Positions 1-12,654 of a stretch of DNA of 64,000 nt are shown in pieces. Positions within the stretch are counted from its first letter, which is position 1, and each line of letters starts with the position of its first letter. A model generated the notes under the pieces. The model was not told the origin of the DNA. It was given only the letters and a program-made list of their open reading frames with translations, and did not search any database. The DNA is from Sphaerodactylus townsendi (Eukaryota), in contig NC_059427.1 in the NCBI RefSeq assembly GCF_021028975.2, positions 112,406,001-112,470,000 of the forward strand, in the 5' to 3' direction. The translations under genes and the position numbers were made by a program.

Positions 1-811
1 GCAGCAGGTAAAAGGGCTGCTAGAGCCACTACTTAATGTCTCTGAACCTAGGTTATATGATATTTAAACAGAACCATTCAGTTTGTTGGAAGGATCTCTC
101 TCAACTGCATTGGAACAAGTAGGAAGGTGACCCAGTTGCTCTAGTCCGGCCATACTGTGAAATTGGCAGCCTTTTTCTCAGGGCCAATGCACGTATTGGT
201 CAGGTGCCGGGCACATTTATGCAGGACTGGCAGTGGGTTTAGGCAGAGACCACACAGCCGAATCCAGCATGCAGTACCCTTGAAGTACAAATGGGCCGTC
301 ATGACTCAGGAGCAGCTGAATAAATCAAATAGCTGCCAAGCATCCAAGCTTGTCTCAAACATTGCCACTCAGCCTCCATTCCCCATCTATATAGTCAGAA
401 TATTAATGGCCCAGGCACTTGTGAAACTTAACAAATTCAGGATTGTAATGCATGTTGCTTATATAAAAAAGATCTTCCAGAACTTGTTTAATGAAACTGA
501 GCACACGCTGAGCTGCTCTTTGTTTTCTAGATCACTCTTTCTTTTGCATTTTACTTCCCCCTCCCCCCGCCCCTCCAAAGTCGTAGGTTCAAAGAAACAG
601 GCATGGCTGGCAGAAGTTTCCGCAGGGTTTCTGCCATATCTATGCTGTCGTCCTTGGGTTTGATTTCCAGCCACAAGGCAAGAGCAGGCAGACTCCACTG
701 TTCAAAGGAATATCTACCTAAGTTGTGTGTTTGTCTCTGTAAGGACACTGATTGCCTCCCTGCCGTATAAACAGCAGTCTGTGCCACACCTACAAGTTAA
801 CTGTTGTGGCT

Positions 812-991
812 ATGTATTGTCGATGGCTTTCATGGCCGGATTCAACTGGTTCTGGTGGGTTTTCCAGGCTGTGTGGCCAGACTTCCATCTGTGATACACC
901 TCTGAAGATGCCAGCCAAAGATGCAGGTGAAACGTTAGGAACAAGATCCACCAGACCCCGGCCACACAGCCTGGAAAACCCACCAGAACCA
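812..991. mobile_element. Penelope-type terminal-repeat remnant with an inverted segment and hammerhead core
   Basis: 10-bp TSD TGTTGTGGCT (802-811, 992-1001). The 5' part is the reverse complement of the 3' part. CTGAAGA..GAAACGTTAGG at 902-939. Confidence 0.75.
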
Positions 992-1106
992 TGTTGTGGC
1001 TTTGCTTCAAGTGTGGAGCCAGCAAAAGCTCAACTAACAGAGACTATGCCATTCAGAAAAACAAATTACGCCTCTCAGCCATGCTCAGCTTGCCCAGATT
1101 GCATAC

Positions 1107-1257
1107 CACAGATCCTGAGTTGTGGCACTGAGGGTCTCCTGGGGAAGGGGGAGGGCAGGCCAGTGCGGATGAGGTAGGGTCACTCCTCTTTACAGGCACA
1201 TAGAAAAACTGCAGTTTGAAGTACCGAGTCAGCCACGGGCAGCTTTGTTCCTGGGAT
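1107..1257 (-). CDS. PIK3R5: PIK3R5 coding exon (151 nt); the gene continues beyond the window start
   Basis: SQEQSCPWLTRYFKLQFFYVPVKRSDPTSSALACPPPSPGDPQCHNSGSV (human LTRFFKLQFFYVPVKRS); tgcag acceptor, gtatgc donor. Confidence 0.92.
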
Positions 1258-1528
1258 CTGCATTGAAGGAGTAAGAAGGGATAGATAAGGCAAAGGTCAG
1301 TTGAACCCATGCTGCTGCACTGTGATAGCAACGAAGCAAGGAATGTAGAAATGGGCACTAGAAGGCACAGTACTGTAGTCAGTAGTGTTGCAGTGAATCA
1401 TTTCAGAGACTGCTTTTTGTTACATGTTGGCAGGGAAAGGTAACTGAACATTAGAGAGAGTAGAGCAGGACATATGACATGATGAGTCTCAGAGGGAACC
1501 TCATCCTTCAGCTTCTGGTCCAAAAGTA

Positions 1529-2065
1529 ATTTATTTATTTATTTATTTATTTATTTATTTCTTAGATTTCTGTATCGCCCCATCCCCGAAGGGCTCTGGG
1601 CGATGTACAGCATGTAAGAAAACAGTATAAAACAGTTAAAACATTAAAAGCAGCGGTGAACCATGGTAATGAAATCCAATAATTATACAACAAATCACAA
1701 TAAGATGGAATATAAGTGGCGTCCAGTATTCCAATGTTGAACTTCCCTCTTCCCTAGAAGGAAAAAGAGGGGAGGAGTGGTAGGTCCCCTTGGATGGCAA
1801 ACGGCCCAGATGTCAAGGGCCAGGGGAGGGGGGCACAATCAGCAGCTGGTTTCTCCAAAGGCCCGGCGGAACAGCTCCATCTTGCAGGCCCTGCGGAACT
1901 CACTAAGGTCCCGCAGGGCCCGGACAGCTGGAGGGAGAGCGTTCCACCAGGCTGGGGCCAGAGCCGTAAAGGCCCTGGCCCGCGTGGAGGCCAGCCGCAT
2001 CGCCGAAGGGCCGGGGACCACTAGTAGATTGGCCTCAGTTGATTGGAGAGGCCGTACAGGGACAG
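1529..2065 (-). mobile_element. L2-clade LINE 3' end with (TAAA)n tail
   Basis: ORF2 C-terminus LVVPGP..RLASTRARAFTALAPAWWNALP..FRRACKMELFRRAF, followed by a 3' UTR and (TTTA)n at 1529-1560. Confidence 0.85.
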
Positions 2066-2177
2066 GTAAGCAAGAGAGAGTCTGAGTACGCTACAGAAAT
2101 CCTGGATTTCAGCTGAGTTTAGGACCCTGGGGAAGGGAGAAGGGATATCAGGTGTAAAGAGATGTTCTTCCACTCAC

Positions 2178-2910
2178 TTAAGATTGCTATAAGCCCGGGC
2201 TACTTTCCCCAAGATACGGTCAGAGCCAAACACAACAACGCGCAGGGTTGAGATCTTTGTATCCTCATCACAGCTCAGGAAGGGCCTACGTTGGGCAGAA
2301 ACATTCTCTGGGACCCGTTGCTGTAAAAGCGCTGAGCTCAGTACATGTTGGGGCAGTGACTTTGCCCGCCGGGAGCGCATAGGAATGTGGTGTTTGGCCA
2401 CAGGGTTACAGAGGCTCTCTGCTCGGCGAAGGGGCAGCGATAGAGAAGCCACCTCAGAAATGTCTCTCAGTTCTTTGCCCAGGATCAGCTGGCTTTTGCT
2501 TTTGAACAACTTGTATATTTTGTTGGTTAACCGCTGCCGCCTGGGTGATGTCTTCTCTTCCTTTGGATCCAAGCACCCCGTGGACTCGAGAGAGTTCTCA
2601 TCACTGTCCTCCACATAACCACTATCCATGCAGTCCTTCAGGCTGGAGACAAAACACTTCAAGGACTTTTTAGAGGCCAGTGAGAGCTCAGAGTCAGGGT
2701 CCTTGGAAACAGCAGAGACAGACACCCGTGAGTTACATGAACGGTCCTCTGACAAGGCTGAATATACAGAATCTTTGGAGATTGATTTCAGGGAAGACAA
2801 CAAAGAACCGTTTTGTGGAAAGCAGTCATCAGTTTCCTCTTCTTCATCATCTTCCAGAACTGCTGGCTTGGGGTAGTCACACTCCTTCTCTAGTACCTCG
2901 TTCAAGATGT
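2178..2910 (-). CDS. PIK3R5: PIK3R5 large central exon (733 nt)
   Basis: DILNEVLEKE...DDEEEE...MDSGYVEDSDE...KIYKLFKSKSQL...LPLRRAESLC...RRPFLSCDEDTKISTLRVVVFGSDRILGKVARAYSNL; ttgcag acceptor, gtgagt donor. Confidence 0.97.
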
Positions 2911-3194
2911 CTGCAACAGGAGGAGAAATACAAGGTACACAATCAAGGACGCAACAGAAAACCTTACCTAGGGTAAGACATCTTAACATCTGAAACCAGT
3001 TTTACATGCTGTACCATCTCAGCACTGAACCACTGCAAGATCAGTTTCAAGTCTGAAGGAGGAGGATCCTCTAGGTCACGACCAATATTGTAGGCTTATC
3101 AGAACCGTAAAAAAGGTAAGGAGTTGCCACTGCATGCCATGAGGACTAAGAAATTCCTCTCAGGCTCAAGCTTTGTCACATGCTCTCAGCTTAC

Positions 3195-3278
3195 CGAAAT
3201 TATCCTGATCCCAAATGTAGGTGTGACATCGGGCAGCAGGGACAGGGATGAGATGGGGCTTATGTGTCTGAGCTTCTC
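3195..3278 (-). CDS. PIK3R5: PIK3R5 coding exon (84 nt)
   Basis: EAQTHKPHLIPVPAARCHTYIWDQDNF(D) (human ...IPIPVARCYTYSWSQDSF); ccag acceptor, gtaagc donor. Confidence 0.94.
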
Positions 3279-3368
3279 CTGGGGGCACAAATGAGTTCCA
3301 TGAGGGTTCTGTAAAGTAGACTGCATCAGAACAGCAAACCTAGTGCAGAAGCTGCAGAGCTTTCCCAC

Positions 3369-3525
3369 CTATGATTTCAGGCAGATCTGCTGCCTTTGCG
3401 ATCTCCTGCAAAGCAGATTCCAGCTGCTTCCTAGCTGCTGCAGGATCATCACTGGTCTCAGCTGCCAATTCCTGGGCTTCTGTGGTGCTGGCAAACATCT
3501 CCATGAGTTCTTCCACAGGCTTCAG
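3369..3525 (-). CDS. PIK3R5: PIK3R5 coding exon (157 nt)
   Basis: LKPVEELMEMFASTTEAQELAAETSDDPAAARKQLESALQEIAKAADLPEII(G); the EAQELA motif is conserved; tctag acceptor, gtggg donor. Confidence 0.92.
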
Positions 3526-4039
3526 CTAGAGAGAGAACACACAGTCAGCAGATGTACTGGCTGGCATTGCAGGATGTAATTCCTGCCCCTCAGCTTAGCT
3601 AAATACTACAAAACAGAACAGTAGGCAGAGACATCAGCCAAACGAGGTCAGCAAGAATGTTCTTGGACTTTAAAGTCATTGAGTGCTTGCTCAGCTATTG
3701 GTGCTGGTATCCGTGTTGTGTAATAATGTCAGACTAGAATTGGGGAATCCTTGGTTCTACTCCCTGCTTGCCATAACACTACGTGACAATGGGCCACACA
3801 TTCTCTCTCAACCCAAACAACCTCACAGGGTTGCTGTGTTGATAAAATAGAGGATGGGATAAGTATGCATGCTGCGCTGAGCTCCTTGAAGGAAGGGCAG
3901 AACATTTTTTTACTGAATGAATAAGTAAATGATGAATATTAATTATTATCATCTAGTCTGTAATTTGTCCTTTTTGGATAAAGTGATTGAGAGAATGATT
4001 GTAGTCTTCCTAGATGACTCATTTGCTTGGCTTTCTTTG

Positions 4040-4365
4040 CTGATCTCCATATGAATGTAAACAAGGGCTTTGCCTCCTTGTGGCTCTCTCACTGGGTTTA
4101 TCTGCTGCCTTTGATACAATGGAACATGCCATCTTGTTGAGACTTTTAGAGGTAGGAGTGAGTATTAGGATGTGCTTTGAATTGGTTTATATCCTTCCTT
4201 CCAGAGCTGGACTCAGAGGGTCCCTGTTGCAATGTAGTTTTTATCGCTGTGGGAATTGTGTATGGGGGGGGGGGGGGTAGTCCACAAGGCTCACTGTTGT
4301 AGCCCCACACGATTTCATTGCTACATTCAGCTTTTAGGATAAATCATCCATGGCATCAGTGTCAT
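4040..4365 (+). mobile_element. Degenerate L2/CR1-group RT fragment
   Basis: LSAAFDTMEHAILL motif (LDLSAAFDTVDH-like). Confidence 0.65.
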
Positions 4366-5775
4366 GCTAGTTTTCTCTGTATTGTCTCAACTTTAGTATA
4401 CATGCTAAAAGCCAGTTTATAGCACCAGGTATATAACAATTGGAATTGCTCCTCTCAGCTAGACAATCAATCCTGGGCTATGTGGGAGGCTTCTTGCCTG
4501 GCGCTCCACTAATAAAGGCAATATTAAATTAAAATCCATGAAAGCTAATGGGCATATAATAATTAACCATTAGATGACAATGTTACATGTCCTCCTGAAT
4601 AATTCCAACTAGCACAACTAGCAGAATCTGAATGAAGCAGAAGCCTTCCTAACAACTTCAGGAAGGCTATTTCATAAAATAGGAACAGCCATTGAAAAAG
4701 GTATATATTCTGTATCTCCTCTAGTTCTCAGGCCAGTGGTTCACTGAATATATGGAGAGGAGCAAAAACACTGCGGCCTCCACATCTCCGCATGACAATT
4801 AGGTTATCTGGTAGGGGTGACTGTATGAACTTTCCTTACCCATCATCAACAAAGCTTATGTTTAAAATGAAGAGAACTACTGCATGTAGTAAAAGCAAAA
4901 GGCTCCAGCACTGAGACATCTTGGGTAGCAAGTAAGGAAAAAGGCTCTACTTGAAACTTTCAATGGAGAGTTGGCTCTGAGACTCACTGCTATTCAGAGT
5001 TGACATTACTGATCTAAGCAACAACTCACTGCTCAATAGGGTTGCCTGGTTTCCCACTGTAATAGAACACCTCCAGCTACCAAACCCCACTTTCTGCAGC
5101 TGATCTGTTGGCAAGCAGAAAAACATTCATTTAAAAAATCACCTTCAGGATGATGGCGTACTATCATCTGATAGAAACCTGGAAGTGACATCACATTACT
5201 CTAGGAACCATCATAAAACCCTGTGATTTTACCATGGAGATTTTGAGGGTTCCCAGAGAGGTATGACATAACTTCCAGAATTTCTCCAAAGTGATGTCAC
5301 ACTATCTCACTATGTCACCCTATCACATGACACCATCCACCCCTGACTTCCACTGGGTGCCAGCCATTGGTGGTAACCAGACTACCCAAATAAAGAATAA
5401 ACAGTCTCCTCATACCATTACAAGGCATGCAACCTGTAGCCACCAATACTATCATAAGATTCCCAGTGTAAAGTTAGAAGTTCAACTAAATAACCATGTG
5501 GTACTACAAGAAGACAAACAGCTCTGATCACGGGAGCCTTTTGTTGATAAATACTTGAGGGATGTCAGTTCTCTCTTGCAGTCTCCAAGGAAGTTATTTG
5601 GTGATGTTCATTATCAAACTTTCTGATTAAAACAGCTGGCAATCCCAACATTACTTCATTCTCCATGTTCATGGCGAACACTTTGTGTAGGAAAATATCT
5701 CACAAAAAGCTATTATGCATGTTAGTGCATCAGAGGAGAATTCATGGCTTTGACTGTTGCAGGCTCTCTCCCTAC

Positions 5776-5950
5776 CTTCAGAGCATGACGAAGTCCCACC
5801 AGATCACAACTGGTTCCAAAGTTAGCTTGGTAGATGTGTTCAAGGAGGGTAACTAGTAGCATGTGCTGGGAGTAATCTACAGTGCTAAGCCTTTCAGCAA
5901 CTGAGAGAAACTCCCTGTGAACTTCGGAAGGGTTCAGTAACAAAACTGTT
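5776..5950 (-). CDS. PIK3R5: PIK3R5 coding exon (175 nt)
   Basis: TVLLLNPSEVHREFLSVAERLSTVDYSQHMLLVTLLEHIYQANFGTSCDLVGLRHALK; polypyrimidine tract plus ag acceptor, gtagg donor. Confidence 0.95.
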
Positions 5951-7051
5951 CTGAGGAAAAAAAACAAGACAATCAACAGTGGACAACCTGATTCAGAAAC
6001 AGAGACTGTTTGCTGTATGTCTGGCATGGGGTCATCACTCTCATGATCAAAAGACCACTATCAAAGCAAGCTTTTTTTAAAAGTCCAGAAACAAATAAGA
6101 TTTAAAATGCCAGCAGGTGGCACTGTTCTTCTAGTTCGTGGAGGGGCTTGCTTGCATGACTTTCCACGTTTTGAAAACATCAGTATTAATGCAGGCACTG
6201 TTCAGGCTTTTTGAGTAGTAAGTAGTCAGACTATGGAAAAGAAACAACACAGCAGCTCCTATCAGCCATTCCTCCAACCCACCCCCCTGCTGTCCACGGT
6301 TAACAGATTACTTTCAGTGACTGGTCAGAATGCAAGGTTGGGGATGGGGGAGTGGATTCCAAACATCTGCCCATCCTTGATCCATTCAGGCCAACTTGTC
6401 TGTGTTGATCATTCTAGAACTGCATCATGGGCCTTTATTTGACTTCAGATGCTCCCCTGAGGATGTGGCAATCTCTAGAGCTGTCTCTTCCTGATGAAAC
6501 TATGCAAATCAGTACCCAAGGTAGGGCCTTTCCTGTGGTCTAACCCAATTGTGGTACACCTTCCCGCAGAGCTCTACTTACTTTATGCCTACTCTAGCAG
6601 CACTCAGACACTAGATTAAGACATTTTTAACCTTCAGGATTATACTGACGGATCTGTTTCATGCCTCTTCCTGCTTGGTTTTATGCTGATGTATTCAAAC
6701 ACCCCCTCTCTTTACTGTCTCCCACCCCTTTTCTGGTTACTGTTATTGGATTTGTTTCTTGATTTTAAAGTGCCAGTATATATATACACACACATGTGCA
6801 AACACACCCACACACAAATTAAATTATCCCTCCCCCACCCAAATCCAAGATCTTGTGTCATTCTGGTAGGCAGGATGGCATAACAGCAGATATCTTCTGC
6901 ATCTGCTCAGAGTTTCTTTAGGTTCCATGGCTGAGCCCTAGCGCAACAAACCCCCAAGAAACCAGGCCCATGGTAAAATTCAGAAAACATCCCATAATGC
7001 TCCATTCTTGAGATAATTAATAGAAAGCAAATACTGATGTGTGATACTTAC

Positions 7052-7121
7052 ATAATAGACCTCTCTGAGCTTTTTGCAGACAGACCATGCTCTGCCCTCA
7101 CCATCCTTTGAAAGGTAATCC
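7052..7121 (-). CDS. PIK3R5: PIK3R5 coding exon (70 nt)
   Basis: GITFQRMVRAEHGLSAKSSERSI (human GISYQRLVRAEQGL...); ttccag acceptor, gtaagt donor. Confidence 0.93.
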
Positions 7122-7577
7122 CTGGAAGGAAAACAAATCAGTAGAGCCATACAGACTTGCACAGTTGTCGTACCCAACATTTTGACATGTGGTTCCAAAG
7201 CAGTTTCCATAGCACAACAATAATATTTCTAAGCGGGGAAAAGAAATCAAAAAAACAAGGAACAGCCCACACAAAGCACAAAACAAAAAGTATCAAAAGA
7301 CCATCACCCAACACAGAAGTCACGGTATAACTCATCAACAAGCCAACAGAGAGTAGCCACATCCAGTTTGTCAGGCAAACAGACTTTAGACAAGAAAATT
7401 TTCTGGCCTGTAATGGAAACTCATTAGATTGCAAAAACAATGGAGTATACTGGCTGGGTATATCAGGTCTCAACTCACTGATTCCAACCATGCCTCAGTT
7501 ATGAATTCACTAAGTGGACTCAGATAACCAATATCCTCTCAGCTTCATATTCACACCCCATCTGAAGTATGGTAATA

Positions 7578-7881
7578 ATGTGGTGTAGTGGCCAAGAGCA
7601 GTGGCTAAGAGCAGGTGCACTCTGATCTGGAGGAACCGGGTTTGATTCCCAGCTCTGCCGCTTGAGTTGTGGAGGCTTATCTGGGAATTCAGATTCGCCT
7701 GTGCTCTCCCACACATGCCAGCTGGGTGACCTTAGGCTAGTCACAGTTCTTTTGAGCTCTCTCAGCCCCTCCTACCTCACAGGGTGTTTGTTGTGAGGGG
7801 GGAAGGGCAAGGTGACTGTAACCCCTTTGAGTCTCCTACAGGAGAGAAAGGAGGGGATATAAATCCAAACTCTTCTTCTTC
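7578..7881 (+). mobile_element. tRNA-derived SINE with (CTT)n tail (Squam3-like)
   Basis: A-box TGGTGTAGTGG, B-box GGTTTGATTCCC, CORE/MIR-like body (gggtgaccttaggc...cctacctcacagggtgtttgttgtg), tail ctcttcttcttc. Confidence 0.85.
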
Positions 7882-8645
7882 CTACCTTACATACCTGCAA
7901 TAAGGAATACTAACACTGTATGCCAAGTGCTTTAAACATACAAAAAGCATCATATAAGTGCCAAGGACTTGTCACTGTTTAAATAACTTAACCCACATGC
8001 TTGCAGTGTCTGCCTACTTGTGGGGTCGCACAAAGGTGGCACACAGATTCATGTAGGCTGTGATTGATCCATCTTTTAAAATGTTATGCCTGCCATCTAG
8101 AAAAGTGACATGGGCAGCCTCTACATACATATAATAATGGTTTAAAACAGTTGTCAACATGAATGTTTCGCAATTACTACTTTTCTGGCACTATCTCTTG
8201 CATGTCAAATGCAGGCTGCTACATTCTGTAAGGTAGTGTGACCTTTATGACTGGTCATACAGTTCAGTAAATGTACTAGGGTAGTTTTAGGTATTTCTGT
8301 CATCTTACACATGAGAGGAATGCTGGAAATATTTTTGGCCCAGTTGTATGAGATCTGGGTGAGCTTCTGAGATACAGCCTGAGATACAGCCTGGGTGGGG
8401 TCAGAGGCAGTAAAGCTTTGGTGCAGACTGAATGGCAAGAGCCAGAGGACTCTTGGCTGTTGGCTCATGGTTCAGAGTGGATGGTTTAGCCTAACCATAC
8501 TGGGGAAGGGTTGTAAGGTGCTTGATTCCCCAGCAGGATCAAAAGTATACCAGCACAAAATTTGTCCAATCAAGAAATCAGCTAAATTAAATCAACATTT
8601 CAAGGTCTGGGGAATCCATCTGCAACACAGGACATGGCTTCCTAC

Positions 8646-8784
8646 CTGGGGCATTGAGCTCATTGTCAATAAAAGTCAGCAGTTCCTGGCAGATATTACA
8701 GTATGGCATAGGCCAAGTGAGAAAATCACGGTAGGTCCTCCTAGCTCTCCAAAGCAGGTCACAATTGGAAGGGAAGTGTGAGGT
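8646..8784 (-). CDS. PIK3R5: PIK3R5 coding exon (139 nt)
   Basis: [46 protein letters not shown](G); tggcag acceptor, gtagg donor. Confidence 0.96.
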
Positions 8785-9834
8785 CTGCCAAGAAAACAGA
8801 AATAGCCAAAAATAAATCACACCTGGCAATATGATGGTGACCATTCACAACAGTTACATATTAATTCAGATGTGGAGATCCATAGGCTGTAGCCATACAC
8901 TCCATGTGGCAGCTGACACAACTGAGGCCAAATAGCTAAGGCATGAACATCATGAGGAAACAAGTGATGATAAGCTATAGGATACATGTCTACTTTATGC
9001 AGCATTTGCTGATATTGCTTGGGCCATTGCTCCCCCCTCACTTCCCACCATAAAAGACAATCAGTATTTGGGCAAAGTGTAGAGGTGTTGGATTCAAGAC
9101 TTTTCTTTAATAGTTTTCCTTTTTATGTTGATATATTGATCTATTGATAGATCGATATATTGATCTATTGATAAGATTAAAGATAAAAATTAAAGGTTAT
9201 GCTAAAAATTAAAGTATGTATGGGTGATAGAGAACCCATGAAATATGCAACCCCCAGACACGAGCAAAAGGCCAGCTGATGGGTAATGCTTGACTTACTA
9301 CAAAGGATGGTGGGTAATAATGCAGAACATGCCGCAAAACAAAGACTCCCTGGCCAACTCTCTTTGAAGTCACTGGAACCTTGCTGTGCATAAACAGTCA
9401 GTGAAAACAACCCAGCAGTGAGGAATGGGCTCAGAAAAACAGGACAAGTGAGCAGTAAAGATTCAATTTGTGGAATCTTGTGCAAGAGCTCCCCAAAGCC
9501 TGGAGCTATTATTGGCCCCATATTGCTCCTTTCCACATAGTTCCTCTGTAATACTGGACAAAAGAAATGTATAATATAGCACCATTGCATGCAGAATTTG
9601 CCTGCCTCAGTTCACAATTCTCTTGCAAGCTGCAGTCAAATTGATGTTACACAATGTTTAAAAAATGTCATTAGGGAGATGTTGGGGAGATACTTTGGCT
9701 GGTAATAGCTATGCATCACTTGTAAGAGATAACGATGCCCTGAGCCTTGTGATTAAAACAACAACAACCTGGAGCAATGAAAAGGAAGTGCCTGCCTAGA
9801 GGCTGAACATACCAAATGCAACCACAGAACTTAC

Positions 9835-9903
9835 ATACAGGACAGCTGAACCGAAGAGCAAGGCCAGTGGAATGAAGAGATCATAGTCGCATTTCTTTTG
9901 GAC
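9835..9903 (-). CDS. PIK3R5: PIK3R5 coding exon (69 nt)
   Basis: VQKKCDYDLFIPLALLFGSAVLY (human [23 protein letters not shown]); ctgcag acceptor, gtaagt donor. Confidence 0.93.
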
Positions 9904-10048
9904 CTGCAGAAAGGCACAGAAGGGAAATGAGGACTGATAAGCAAAAAAAAAAAAAAAGCCCTCCAAAGTCATACAGATCCAGCAGTTCTAGAAGACAATA
10001 GGGATGGGGCTTAGCATGACAGTCATACCTTTGTAACATCCTCTGGGC

Positions 10049-10181
10049 CAGGGGTCTGAAACCTGCAGCTCTCCAGATGTTCATGGACGACAAATTTCAT
10101 CAGCCCCTGCCAGCATGGCCAATTGGCTGATGAGAATTGTAGTTCATGAACATCTGGAGAGCCGCAGGTTGCAGACCCCTG
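10049..10181. mobile_element. hAT MITE (133 bp, palindromic)
   Basis: TIR CAGGGGTCTG(A/C)AACCTGC...; 8-bp TSD CTCTGGGC. Confidence 0.92.
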
Positions 10182-12480
10182 CTCTGGGCCTACCCCATGG
10201 AAATGATAAGTGACAGGAGGTTTCTAATGAGGGAGAATCAGATGAAGGAAAACAGAAAATACAGTTGAAGAAGGAGAAGAAGAGAAAAATTAGTACTGGA
10301 AAAGAAAATAGGAGGTTGAGAAAAAAGAAACCGTTTGATTATATTTTGTTACAGCATTAATAAATAAATGTGTTCAGAGTTTGTGAATTCTTAGACATTT
10401 AATAATTTTTAGCATTAAATAAAAGTATAGAAATATCTACATTAACCAGCGTCTCTGCCTCTTTCCCACACATTTGAAGTTTTAAGACCAGGCAGGCCCT
10501 GACCCTCAGACAGCTCTGCTGCTTTACACATTTACTGGATCCAGTGGAACTCCCACATAGCGACTTTTTGAACCCAACCACACCACCCTAGGTTGTTTGT
10601 CCCGCTAATCCTCTTTAGCATGTGGGGTGATCCTGGGGTCCGTTGACAGTAAGGACACCCTCCACCAAGCAAGTTAGAGAAGAAGAGTCATGATAGAGTC
10701 ACAATGCTGCCATAATAATAACAATAACAACATGTAGCCTGTCAGTGAGTTCCAACAAAGTGGTTTGCTTTCATGTCAACTACACAAGAAATCTTGAAGT
10801 CCTCATCTACCTCATCTTTTCCAATTATATAAAAACTCTTAAGTTGGAAAATTCCTGGAGATTTGGAAGGTTGAGTCCTGGGAAGGTAGATAGGTGGATA
10901 GGTGAGGGTATGTCATATGTCTACCCTCCAAAGCTGCTAATTTCTCCAAGGGAAGTGATCTTTATCATCTGGATATCATGTGTAATTTCTGGAGACCTCC
11001 AGGCCCCACCCTCAATGCCTCTTTAATGTAGCAAATGCTGAATGTATTATCTTGAGAACAGTTCCTTAAGAATGAGCACTCCCATTGACCCTCCCAAGCA
11101 AAGAAAGTGATCCTTGACTGTACAGAGATAGACGATAGCCAGTCTGGCCCCAGCGAAAGGATTTGCCTGAGATAAGGGACAATGCTTCATTAGCATATGG
11201 CCAGTAGATTATTCACATTATTAGCACCCATCCAAATGAAAGATACTGGAGCGAAAGAGGGTTTTAAGGAGGCGCATCCGGAACAAGGAAAGATTCAGCT
11301 CAGCAAGTTAAATCAAATATGTAGCCCACAGACGATCCTGGGGAGAAAGAGGGGAAGGCCCTCATATAATTCCTCTTTGCTAGCATTTGCATCTCAAGTG
11401 GGAGAGCTATACACACGATGAGTAAACAAGAAGAAGTCTACCACTTGTCCTTTTTTTCATAGGAAGTTACTAGAACTTGCTTTAACTGTTGCTAAGTAAC
11501 AACCAGGCTGGTCAGTACAGAATCCACACCGAATGAAGCAAAGCACTAGACTTTACAATTATTATACAGCATCTTAGTTCCTAGGAGGCGACGGAATCAC
11601 TCTATATCATCTAAGCAAGGATGTGATTTTTCCTGCTCTTTCAAGACACCTTAACATTTTACACACCCTGACTCTGCAGCAGGTGGCTCAGCTCCCATCT
11701 CCATGCAGACTCTTCACCTGTTCTTGCTGCAGATATCTGCACTTTTTGACCCATAGTTCTATTTTTAGGACACAAAAGTTTAGAATAGCCAGGGCAAATA
11801 GCAGGAAGTCATACGGCCTGACAGGAATTAAAAAAAAAGAAAAACAAAGGGTCTATCTACCAGTTACAGGAAGTACATGTATATACTAATCCTCTTGCAG
11901 CAGCTTGGCTGTGACCCCATTTCAGGCAGAAACAGGGACAGCCTTCTCAAGTCACAAAGCTGGGATCTCCTTTCTGGATTTTCCTCACCCCACAACAGTA
12001 ACCAAACAATGGAGGTGGTGGCCAGAGCTGCTCAGCTGCTGTCAGTATCAGATGGGAGACAATTGCTCAATAGCAGGGAGGCGGTGCTCAAGACAGGAAG
12101 TCGGAAACCTCCACTTGACTATCAGGTTGCTTGACCCAGGTGCCAAGAACTCATTCTCTTCCTTCATAACTCTGCTCTCCAACCTGCAGCCCCAACACAA
12201 CACAGCCAGAGCCAGCTGACTCCAAAATGCTCCACTACTGCAAGCTTTTGCTCAGCATCTGCATCAATAAGCAAGGAACACCCTTGCAGGGGTGAGAGGA
12301 ATCTAAATAGTGCCTCTACAGTGAAAAAAGCACAATACTAACTCAATCAAACAACTGACAATTTGGTGCTTTCTAAAAGGAAATGCTTTCTAAAAGGCAA
12401 AGCGAGCTCCCAGAAGGATTCAACTCACACAGGGAAAAGTTAGCTGGGTAAAAGCATTCAAGACTAAACCAGATTTGTTT

Positions 12481-12654
12481 GGTTCTGGTAGGTTTTCTGG
12501 GCTGTGTGGCCGTGGTCTGGTGGATCTTGTAATACGCCTCTGAAGATGCCAGCCACAGATGCAGGCGAAACGTTAGGAACAAGATCCACCAGACCACGGC
12601 CACACAGCCCAGAAAACCCACCAGAACCAATTGAATCCGGTCGTGAAAGCCTTC
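12481..12654. mobile_element. Penelope-type remnant with an inverted segment and an intact hammerhead core
   Basis: 14-bp TSD AACCAGATTTGTTT (12467-12480, 12655-12668); inverted arms of about 50 bp; CTGAAGA at 12540-12546, GAAAC at 12567-12571. Confidence 0.8.

Noticed and set aside
157-787. ORFs 157-663, 459-698 and 551-787 as further PIK3R5 exons or another gene
   Set aside because: No match to the next expected p101 segment (..NDISHYLGMLDPWYERN..) and no recognisable protein. The next exon probably lies outside the window.
7578-7660. tRNA gene (also the 5S-like sequence at about 63180)
   Set aside because: The A/B boxes and 5S head continue into SINE bodies and tails; no complete cloverleaf or full 5S.
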